Of a stretch of DNA of 64,000 bases, positions 1-12,100 are shown piece by piece. The DNA comes from Haliotis cracherodii (taxonomy: Eukaryota), in the NCBI RefSeq assembly GCF_022045235.1, contig NW_027266275.1, positions 30,070,001-30,134,000 on the forward strand. The letters run 5' to 3'. The position numbers and the translations under genes were made by a program. Numbering within the stretch: position 1 is the stretch's first letter; each line of letters begins with the position of its first letter. Below the pieces are notes generated by a model. The model was not told where the DNA came from. It did not search any database and worked only from the letters and a program-made list of their open reading frames with translations.

Positions 1-1
1 G

Positions 2-157
2 ACATACAAGTATTCATACAGTACATCGGTGTTGTTTAACGACCTGGACAGTCGGAGGGAAACCAAGGCTCAGAGGGACACCGGAGTACAACTTTCTCTG
101 GGGTTGGACATCACACCCCTGTTGCAGGAGGATGAGTCACAGCTGTTCAAGTTGAAG
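2..157 (+). CDS. MTTP: MTTP exon (5'-truncated): TYKYSYSTSVLFND...QLFKLK
   Basis: Open frame from position 2; donor aag|gttggt at 158, phase 0. Confidence 0.8.
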
Positions 158-3100
158 GTTGGTTACATATTCAGTGGACAGATCTGTTTGTCAGGCATAA
201 ATAAGGGACAGGTCATAGGATATTTAGCGAGGGTAGTGGGGGGGGGGGGGGGGTTAAAAGATTTTTGTTTGAGAAATGCTGTTTCTCTTCTCATGTGTTT
301 TACTAACAAAACTGTACAGAGGATGTCTTTTGATTAAATGCTTGTGAATCACACAAATTTGTTTCCTCATCCTTTCAGAGACAAAATAATATATCTCAAA
401 GCCGTAACCAAGATATATTCTGTCTTAATCAAAACTCCCATTTGTCCATGTGTTTACCATGTTTACAGGGTTGAACAATCATGTAATTTTCAGTAAGTCG
501 AGGAACAGGGACTATACGTATATACCTTAGTCCTATGCCCATTGTGATCAAGGTCTAGTGACTTTTGTCAAACTGAAATATTTTCTCTGCCAAAGAAACA
601 TAGTTAGGGATGATGAATATTTTCGGTGAGATGTTTGGGTATTGATGACAGAGCCCAGAATGTCATAATAATTTCCCCAAAAATGTTCATGATCTCAACA
701 TGCTCAAAAAGATTTTTCAGTATAGAATGTCAAAAAATGAGTTTGGATGACTTGAAATGAAATTTGCTAGGTCTGTCAGTTAGCCTCAACATAATCCCAC
801 TTTAACTTTATGACAAAATTTAAATATGAGACAAAACAGTCACAACAAGTTTGTGATACGTCAGTGCAATATTTCAAGACTATGAACATGCTTAATCTAT
901 AATGCAGAAGGACCAGTAAAGACTAATACCCGAAAATATTGATATGGTTCTTATCACATTTATGGAACAATCTGAACCTACAGAATCTGTTATGTTTAGT
1001 CACAGATCCAAAGTCTTGAGACAGGAATTCAACCTGACAAGCTTATGGACTTATTACAGGGCTTTAGGTCACTTGTACATGCACATTAATCTTGGTTGAG
1101 ATTGAGGAAGCGCCCTCTATCACATAATGTCATTAATATCCTTATTCAATGTATAGAACCCTGAACTGTGCTGTCTTACTTCATTCCTGCTTGACAACGA
1201 TATAAGGATCTATTCCGAAACGCCGCAGAATAATACAATAAAGAAGTTGCCATCCATAAATTTATTTTGTCTTTACTGTTACTTTCCAACTTCTAAAAAC
1301 TTGCCAGTCAAACTCTTCAAATGTGTCATTAGTTGTTTGGAAGATTTTGTAGAATTTATCACTTAGGATAACACTCTTACCATATGTTTTTTTCCCTTAT
1401 TTGTTTCCATACAATGGACCACTGATTGCACAACAAATATCCTGTCATAGTGTCAGTGTTAATCTTCTTCCTTACGTCATGCTTAATTTCAAACAAAAGA
1501 ACAACAGTGTTAATCCGAATATTGACACAGCTAGTTAATGACCATTAAGTCCACTGGCCACAAAGTCACCCACCCAGAACAGTTCCCTGTTCCAGGTCCA
1601 AGTCGAGCAGACCCTGATGGGTTTCAAAACACTGATAAGCAAATCAGCTTGTGATGGGAGTGATCTCATTCAACTTGGTGTCACATACAATACTATCTGG
1701 ACACAGTTAATGCCCTTGTTGACCACACTGTTACCAGAAATTCATGATTTATACAGTGCAGTGAATTCCTGAAACTATACAGTACTGTTCCCATATTCCA
1801 AGTGAAATCTGGTTGCGCAGTCGTCTAAACGCATTGCAATTTACAGTGTGGAGTTGCATTCTTAGGTGTGCCAGAATCCTATGATTATTGGTTCCAGTTC
1901 CAGATTCATCCTGTTTATACTCTCTCTGTTTGTTAGCACCTGCCCATGCTTGTGGGTTCCATGAAAACATCCAAGACCTACATCATGTTATAACATATTT
2001 GCTATACAAAGTGCTTTACTCATACATGCAAACTCTAAAGCCAAAGCTCCACCACTTTCCTTAGAATCTATCATTGTTGTTTGTTTTCCCAAAGACGTGA
2101 TTTGTCATTTCAGATAAATTTGAACTATTGAAAAAATTGATTTCTGTAATAATTTTGATATCACTTGCATGCTACTTTGGTAAACTATTCTTGAACAACC
2201 TTCCCCTCTAGATAGCAAAATTCTTCAAAAAAGTGAAATATTCCTTGATGACCAAATTTGGAATCTTTTCTATATTTTTAATATTTAAGATTTTCAGTGT
2301 ACTATCATCTCTGATAAGTTGAATTCCCAAACATTTCACACCATTATATGTCAGCTCAATTCTATTAAATCCTGTTGATAGGGATGATTCTGAATAGGCT
2401 AAGTACTACTCTTTTCACTTTATCTTTAGCCTGTCAAACCAAAATTCTATTCTGTTTTTGGTAAAGTACGATGATTGCCATTTCTTTTCAGATATAATTA
2501 TGATGTTAATAAGCTGAATATTTCTTTACCATCTTTTTATAAATACAGATGAATTGCTGTGTTGAAATTGCAGAAATAGAAAATTATATCTTCAACCAAA
2601 TAATATGGAACAATAAATTGGTCACAATAAACAAAAAATCTTTTATAAAGAATGTTGGATAAAATCTGGATTTGTAATTGTTAGAGATTTGTTTGATGTT
2701 AGCAGAAGGATAATGATAAAACAAGAAATGCAACAGACATATAATCTGAATATAACCAATAGATATAATAATGATATTACAAGACCTGTTAAAAAAGCTA
2801 TTGGGGCAATATGTATTACCCTTATAAACAACAAATTCAGTTTTTGTTTGATGCATCCTCAGAGCTGCAGGGAAAGATCATAAATTAACATGTAAAGTCT
2901 AAACAGTTTTATTCAAGTTTGATTGAAAAGAAAATCACTATGCCTTTGTGAGATTCATCATAGATGGACAAGATATATGCTTTGATTCTAGATCTTCCAC
3001 TACCCAATAACTGTAAGGAACTGCCATTTAAGAGTATACCGGTATATGACATTGTTCCATGTAAAAAGTGCCTTTTTAAGCTCAACATAAGTAAACAACA

Positions 3101-6100
3101 GATTGGGATGTTTGTCAAACAGCAGATGATGTGACCCATTACGTTCAGTATTGTTTCTGAAATGATGAAAGATTATGAAACATTTCCTTAATAAGTTTAC
3201 AAACAACCTCTTTCTGTCAGTATGGTTCATTATATAATACTGATCCTGTATTTGATTTTCTGAACTTTCAAGTGAAATATTTTATATATGACTCATTATG
3301 CAAATATCAGGATGGTTGTAGAAAATCATATTACTGATTTGAGACAGTCACTGATATTATAGAAATATGCAAAGAAACAATATCACTACTTGACAGGGTA
3401 TTAACTGAGCTGCACACATAAAATATTGTTCACAGAATAATTTGGAAGACCAGTAGTCCCTGACCATGTGAACTTGTATGGTCATGTACATTGTGGTTGA
3501 GTATCATCAACAAAAATAAATAAAAAAGCTACTATATTGCCTTTTCTAAAGCAACGCCACGTATAAGACAACCCCCTGTACAAGCCCCCTAGTTCGAGGT
3601 ATGAAAAACTCGCCTTATATACAGCGATATATGGTATAACATATGTCATGTTCCAGCTTAACACTGCCACCGTACTGAGTGCGTCCAGGGAGAGCCAGGA
3701 GAGGACCCTGGGGACCCTGCTCAAGTACCCTGTGTACTTTGAGTTGAACAAGGACAGCATTGGGAGGCTGTTCGTCCCGGAGACAGAGTCGGCATTCTGC
3801 AGCAACATCAAGAAGGGCATCATCTCCCTCTTCCAAGTCCAGGAACAACCCGGGGACAGAACAGAGGTAGGTGTGATGTGTCCACAGTCAGTAGGGGAAT
3901 AGGATGTACACAGGCTGTTAAAAGGGACAGTTCTTCGGTGGTTCTGGGTGCTTTTAAATCATACATGAAATAATTTCCATGTGCGACATCACATGCCAGA
4001 TTCAATTCTGAAACCAAAGCTCTACACAGCGAATCCGACAATGCATCTGCTGCACAGAGTAAACTGCCTTCAGTTATTCTTTTTTTATTGGAGGCAAATT
4101 GAAGAGAAAGCTTGTGTGTTTTTCTCACTCACAATATAAATATGCCTGTTGTATGAAGCCAATCAATCTCTTACCCAGAGTTCCAAAAACATATCTTAAA
4201 ACATGCCCCACGGAAAGCTAGCAATACACTCACTTTGATGTGTAAAGCTTATGTTGTCATGCACCTCACTGTTGCAGTTGTAGTGGTATGTCTATATAAT
4301 TATGCAAAACAATATGTAAAGCTTGCATTAGGTCCATCTGTAAAAATTCTTAGTTCAGAATAAGTGCTTTTGTTTACGAAAAAAAGAAGAGAAAAGTCTG
4401 GTCACATGATAAGCGTACACCCGCAATGTGGTCGATGGAGCTGAACATTCTGTCGTTGAAAAGGCGCGTAGAGGCAAGTAAGCTCTGGGTTTATCGGCTA
4501 TTGTTCTTAAACAAAGTTTCAGAATGGTCAGCATCCTGTCCCTTTAATATGCTCAGTGTACTTAGCAGCAACAGATTTACCAGTACATGAGTCAGAACTC
4601 ATTCCAATGAACACTCTGACTGTTTTTGTGAAAAGATGTTAAGACATAAAAGTTGCTTGAACTTTGCTTTATGTCTACTGTATCTCTATCCTAACCCTTT
4701 TCTTTGTTATGACCCTGCTCTATCATGTCTATAATGCAACCCTGCTCAATATCCTAACCCTGCTGTATTTTGTAAACCCTGCAATATCATTATATTGTGT
4801 TCTACCCTTGTCAATAGCATTATCATGACCTAGGTTATTTCTTTTTAACCATATTATATTCATGTTATAACTGTATTATCACCCTGCTGCAACCCTACTC
4901 TGTTATGAACACATTATAACTATTATAACCTGCTGTAACCCTACTCTGTTATATCTATGTTATGACCATGTTATAACTGTATTATAATACTGCTGTAACC
5001 CTTCTCTATTATCACCATGTTAAACTCTGTTATATACCTGGTGTAACCTGTATTACAGATAGATGTTTCCGGGGAGTGCCTGGTCCTATACACCCAGACC
5101 TCGCCCACTCAGATCACCAAGACCAAGAAGGAGTGCAATAATCTCGAGATCGCTGGACAGTTCTCAAATCCCAATAAAGTAGGTGCAAAAATCACCATAT
5201 TTATAGAAGTAAACTAACATAGTCTTTGAAATTTTTATGACACAATACAGTTCTCTCCTTTAAAATGTTTCTTTTCCTGATGCTGATTTCTGGCTGGACT
5301 TGCCTTTTTATTATTGATTTTGGTTTTATAAAATACATATATCCCACAGTTCATGGTGCAGGACTAAGAATAAAGCTGCCCATGTTTTTAACCATCTCAA
5401 GTAAACAGTCCTTGTAACAAGTCGCTGAAATGATTGTTGTTGCAGATTCTTGATGTAACTGTTGCCAGTAAAACAACTCTAGATTATGAATTTGAAAATG
5501 GAATAATAAAGAGTATAAGTGGATTGAATACGGTGTCCAGTCGTCTCAACATGAGGTCCTCCATGAATGGTGGTGCCACAGTCAGGTAAGGAATAATCTG
5601 GTGTCTAGGCATTTCTTGATTTTAAGATACATATCACTTTCAAACTTCTGAAACAAAAGGTGCCAATATGAAGGACACATTAGGTTTATGTACAGAAAGC
5701 AAAATGTCAAAATTATCCAAAAAAATAGATCGGAAAGATACTTTGTTTGTATTTTTATCTTTTGAAAACAGTTTTATGGCTATCAGAATATCTGAAACAA
5801 GTTGGCCTTCTAATATATTCAAAGTGCCAATTTAAAAAGTCTAAAAATGCATTTGTGTACAGAAAACAAAATTGTCAACAAGATAAGACTGAAGACTTTG
5901 TTTGTATTTTTATCTCTCCTGTGTACCACTTCAGATTTGTTAAAATATATTTAACAGACCACCAGAACCTGCTGTTAATCTCCACCCACACCCCCACACC
6001 CACACCCACACCCCACCCCAATTTGATGTTGATTCAAATTCTGAAGTCCTGTTAATTGTTCCAAGTGTCCTTATGATTATATATAGACATTCCAAACAAT

Positions 6101-9100
6101 AACTGTCCGGAGTGCAGGGTTTCCAGATGAAAGGGCTATGCACTAACAGAGTTTCACAGTATTTAATTAAGTGGAGTGGCCAAGGCAACCTCATTGTAAA
6201 GCGAACCAAATGTCAAAGTTATATAATAGGCTTGTACATTTTTTCAGCCAAAGATTAACATTCCAAGGTTCCTCTGCATCCAGTGAAACTGTGTCAGCAG
6301 CTGATATCGATACTGCCATACCCATGTTGGAAAAAGGTAACATTTAAAACAGGACTGCTGTCATTTATAGCTGACTCAGCTGAATAGGTCAAAAATACAT
6401 GTTGTGCTGTACACTTTGGTTTAATGTTGTCTTGAATTTGTCTGCCTAACACAATAGAAAGCATGTCAATCCCCTTCTTGTGATTTGGACAGAAGATTGA
6501 TTTACTGAGATGTTTTTATAATGCCTATTTTAGAAAAAGTTAAAAAATATTAATGTAGACCTGTCAACATTCTATAAGAAGTGACCAGTCAGCTGAGTTT
6601 CTCAAACCTATCTACTATTTATGTTGTACATCACCATTTGTTTCGAATTTCTTTCAGAAATAGGAAAAAGTTTTAGGTTGTCATTGCTGCCAACAGAATC
6701 TGAAATCACTCAATGCATAGAAAACTGTGAATCTGTAAGTATTCCAATGAAAGATTCCTTGAAAACAAATTAATCATTTGAAGTTACTTTTCACAAATCA
6801 ATCTGGGCTCTTTTTTCATAGTTTCTATCACATGTAATGGTTCTATATTTATGTGGACAAATAGCAAACAATTCCTTTATTGCTTTAATACTTTTCATTC
6901 AGTAAATCTGTTTGGGGCTGTGGGATAACCTAGTTGTTGAAGTGATTGCTCCATGTGCCGAAGGAAAACCATTCAAGAAAAGCAATGTCACATTACCTTG
7001 TCCTTCAGCCAACTAAGATATTAAGCAAAGTGCATGAAGATCTGGTAGCAGACAAAATATCAACTGTTGCATCCGCTAAAGCTTTTATGAAGATGCTGAA
7101 GAGTTTCCGCAATGCTGGCAAGCAAACAATAGCCGAGGTATTGACCAGTCCGGACTCTTATTACACCGTGTAAGTACTTGAATGACATCTTGTTCCTCAT
7201 GACTTTTTTCAAACCTGACTGGGTTGGGAGAGGGGATTGTTGTTTCTATTTAATGTCTTTAGTTGGTTACATATCTATGGAGTAATTTGATTCTAGGCCC
7301 CTCTTCTGGCCATGCCCCCTGCAGCTCAAAAGCAAAATGTCTGACTCTGGAGCAAAAACAATTTTTTGTTCAAAATGTCGTTTCTTAACAGAGCTTAAAA
7401 TAAATATAATAGTTGTTTTTTTACCCGTTGATATACGAGTTGATAAGGCTAGAGAGTTGGAATTCTTGGTTAAAACAGAATTGGTTAGGGTATTAATTGT
7501 TGAAGATCATACTTGCATCGGGTTTTTAGCATAAAATGTATTCAGTCTACAACTCCACCATTGAAGCGTGCAATTGCTAGTGCTCGTCCGTGGGGTCACT
7601 AAGATTTGCCTTATCTCTGCCCAACAATGCATCAGGCCATACCATGAGGAATGTGTCACGCAGTGCAAGGAAGACCTTCTTACACAGACTGGTTCCTGGC
7701 TGTATAGGCATTGCATCCTGTTCATGATGTAGAGAGACTCAAATCAATTAGAGTGAGTGAGTGAGTGAGTTGGGTTTAACGCCGCTTTTAACAGTATTCC
7801 AGTCATATCGCGGCGTGTCAGCTTAATGTGGGAGGAAAGCCCGAAGTGATGCAGGTCTCAGACGTTTACCACTTCGGTGAAACCCACGAGCACGGGTATG
7901 GTGCTGACAAACCTAGAAACATAATCGGGGCGAACCGGGATCCGAACCCACAATCATAGGTTTCTGGCTCGCCAAGGGACGCAACTCTGCACAGCGAATC
8001 GCGGCGCCTTAGACGACTGGGCCACCCGTGCCCCCCAAATCAATTAGAACTCTGTTGAAATAGTTTGATGAAATTTTGGAAAGCTTATCTTGCAACTTCA
8101 TTATGTCATACCTAAGTAGCCTGTATGAGTATATTGTAGGTCAAAATGATCCAATTTTATTTATCATGGCTATTACACTGAGGGCGACATTGTTGTGTAT
8201 CTGTATAACTAAACTACATGAGACCCAAATGACAAACCCCCAGTGAACCAGAGCCTTCAGCAGTGCTTGAATCAAGGCCATTACACAACACTAGATTGAC
8301 GTCCTGATCAAAATAATGAAATTGTACTTCCTTCTTACAATCAAACACCCCTCTCTCTCTATAAACTGTTTGGCAGAAGAAAGTATTAACTTGAAAATTA
8401 CAAACATTATCAAAATGTTATTAAGACTTAAACCACTGCAAGCTTTTAAGCTTAATTAGGTCCAAAACACACTTATGATACACATATCAAATACATCACC
8501 ATCAAATAACTGTTTCTTGTTAGTTTCATATTACTTTTAAAATGTTAAATACACTTATATATATATAGTGATGGGTGTTTGAGAAGCACACTTATATATA
8601 GAGATGCGTGTTTGATAGTAAAATGGGTATACAATTTCATTATTTTGCCTTCAAATCCATGTCATTACATTACCAGTATTTATTGAAAATATTGCTTCTC
8701 CAGACCCCAGCTAATTGACATAGCCACAGCGTCCCAGACATCGGCTGCCCAGAAAGCCATGATGGAGCTGCTGGTGTTTGCGGAGGACTACGGCACCGAA
8801 CACCCGGAGCGCTACCTGCTGGCAGCCACCTACTCCACCCACCCCGGGGAGTTCCTCATCAAGGACCTGCTGGTGGGTGTGTCCAATATCAGGGTGGGGC
8901 TGTGTGTATGTAAGCTAGGATTATATCCTACCTAAATATTATCCCAAGGGAAGTTTTACTCTAGAATATAGTATAGGATGGGATTAAAAACACTGGTATG
9001 GGTTCAAATTCACTAGGGAGAATCATCCTGACACTAGAGAATTTCATCCCCGGGATAAGAAATAGGGTAGGATAATATTCACTCTTACATGTACACATAC

Positions 9101-12100
9101 ACAGCTGTTGGTCTGATTAGTGCCTGCCCCAGTCAAGTTTGGCAGGGGAGAAAGAAACAGGTCACATGTTGTTTCTGGAGTATTACTAAAAACATTCCAA
9201 TATTTGTTCATGAAATTTCTGGAAGGTATTGAATCATTTGAAGAATAGAAGGAACAATTTAATGCCAGGGTTCATCATAATGTCACTTGAACTCACAGCC
9301 TTTAGGACTAACATAGTTTTAAATTGTATAATCACATACATGACTTATAGAGATTATATAAGAGGGTGTTTTCTTATCTTAAATATCATGTTTGGAATAC
9401 AATTTATGTTATACAAACCTTAGGGGAACATAATACATATGTTTTATTCCTAATGTTTGGTATTTACAATACGGCAACACGCAAGGGTAATAATCTCTTT
9501 ATTATATAATGTCATTCTCACAACAATCTTTTTATGGTGTCATAAGCTCAGAAACATCAATGATTGTTAAAAAGGGTGGGTGTGTAATCTATAATCCAAG
9601 TTTCGAAGTGAACACAAACATATGATACGTTGACATGTAAGGACCCCTGCACCCCTCTTTGGATCTACCAGAGATGATGGTTTGTTTTGTTAGCTTGGAA
9701 ACTGAACATGAAATCTACGAGACCCAATCAAGCCCTCATGTGTACATTGCAGGCAATATTGAAGAAGCCAGTTCCCAATGAGAGTTTGAAGGAGTCCCTG
9801 CTGCTGGCCACTGGCGCTGTCATCCACACCTACTGCCAGGTCAAGGACCAGTGCACTCACCAGGTACCACCATACAGTACATGCTGGTATAACGTTCATA
9901 TTATCTTGCAGGAACATGGGGTGAATCAGATCAAAACCCTACTTGGTTTGTCATGAAATCTGTCTTTTTTTTGTCTTGATTATTCATATGGCATTTGGAG
10001 GCAGTGGGGTACCTAGTGGTTATGCCGAAGATGCGGGTTCAGTTCCCCACATGGGTAAAATGTGTCCACTGCTGGTGTCCCCCGCTGTGATATTGCTGGA
10101 ATGTTGCTGAGAGTGGTGTCAAAACAACACTCACTAATATGTCATTCTATATTTGAATACTCCAACAGCTGCTGCATTTTTCTTTTGCTCTGTGCCATAC
10201 TGATATTAAAAGATGGTACTTGTTGTTACACTGACTGGCACTCTGCATTCAGGGGATAAAAGAAGGAGTAGTCTTGGAATCAGTATGCTGTGTCTGCATG
10301 AGGTATTCATGCTGCATGGTATCTCAGTGTGCGAGCACTATAAATCTTCATCAGTCCGGACTAGTAGAAGCAGCCACACACACTCGCACACGGGCGTCAT
10401 GTCGCTATATAAGTGCAATAATCATGGTTATGACGTTGAACCCCATTTCACCTCACCTTTAGATCTGATACAAATCCCTCCAAAAACTAAAATTAGGTAA
10501 ACTAACAGCTACCATTTGTTTGGCTGTTGGAAGATATTTTGTTATAAATTTCCATATTTGTGAGGGGGCACTTTCGCTGTGCAAAGTTGCGTCCCTTGGG
10601 CACGCCATAAACCTATAATTGTGGGTTCGAATCCCGGTTCGCCCCGAGTATGTTTCTAGGTTCGTCAGCACCATACCCGTGCTCGTGGGTTTCACCGAAG
10701 TGGTAAACGTCTGAGACCTGCATCACTTGGGGCTTTCCTCCCATATTAAGCTGACACGCCGCGATATAACTGGATAAATGTTAAAAGCGGCGTTAAACCC
10801 AACTCACTCAATCACTCGCCATATTTGTGATGATTGTGGAACATGGTTTTAAGGTTCAATAGGCCACAGTTGTAGTATGCTCAGTTCAGGAGAAGACACT
10901 ATTAGTCATATCCAACTAGTCTGCAGCTTGGGATAAAACAACTAGTATGTATAGATTGTTACTAGTCTCAGACAGATGGACTAGTGGTCATGTCTATCCC
11001 TGTCAGTTTTTTGTATTTTTGTAATGGGATATGTCCGACCCCACTTTGTTAGTGCTGAAAGCCTCATGTTGTTGTCAGACTCACAAGAAAGGTATGTCTA
11101 ATAACATCTCGTGGTCAATTCCTGGCAGGTTGTACAAGACTTCCGCACTCTGCTGGTGGAGGGAGTGGCCCAGTGTACAGACGATTCATGTCGCCTGACG
11201 TACCTGCGAGCGATGGGCAACACCGGCCTGTCTGACACAGTTTCCACCATCGTGAAGCTTGCTGTGGACAGCAACAACAGCATGGTTTCCATCACCGCTG
11301 TAGAGGCGCTCCGGCGGGTCCCTCGCACGTTGATCACTGCGGAGGTAGTTTCCTGCAGACTTACACATTCAAATGTTGTTGTTGTTTATTGTATGAAAGG
11401 AATGTGTGAACACATTTCAGATAATTCACCGAGGTCTAAGACCTGCATCACTTGAGGCTCTCCTCCCACATTAAGCTGACACGCCGAGATATAACTGGAA
11501 TACTGTTAAAAGCGGCGTTAAACCCAACTCACTCACTCATTACAGAAAATAAAGGGAAGATAACTCACTTATAGAAGGCTATTGGTGTGTGGCACTAGTT
11601 AGTTCCCTTTGGTAGTGAGACATGCAATGATGTTGCTATCAAACATCTATCTGTATTAATGTTAAAAATGCACTCACTCTAGCTGTGCAGAGTTGCTTAC
11701 CTTTTCTATGCCAGGATCTACTGACATACCAGTAAACTATGTTTATAACAAACACACTTTAATGAACTGACAGATAAAACAAACTGTTTTTTGGTCCCCA
11801 AGATTTACAGTATAATGACATATATATGCTCATAATGAACTTCGGTTATAGCAAAGTAAAAGTAGTGGTCCCTTTGAATTCGTTATGACCATAGTTTACT
11901 GTATTTTGAATCTCAATTTGTCTTGTTAATGAACTACTTTAAACTTTAACTTTGAAAATGTTAAAGATCAGTGTCACTTTGGACTTTTCTCCACTCGATC
12001 ACTGTCTGTGCAGGTGAGGGCCTCCCTGTCCCTTCTGTTCCACCAGAGCGTGCGTCGCTATGACAGCAGTGTGAGGGTGGTGGCGCTAGACCTCCTGCTG

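Noticed and set aside
2050-3470. Possible decayed LINE reverse transcriptase in the first MTTP intron (IVPCKK, YQDGCRKSY)
   Set aside because: Only two weak motif echoes with poor spacing; not supportable without a translated search.
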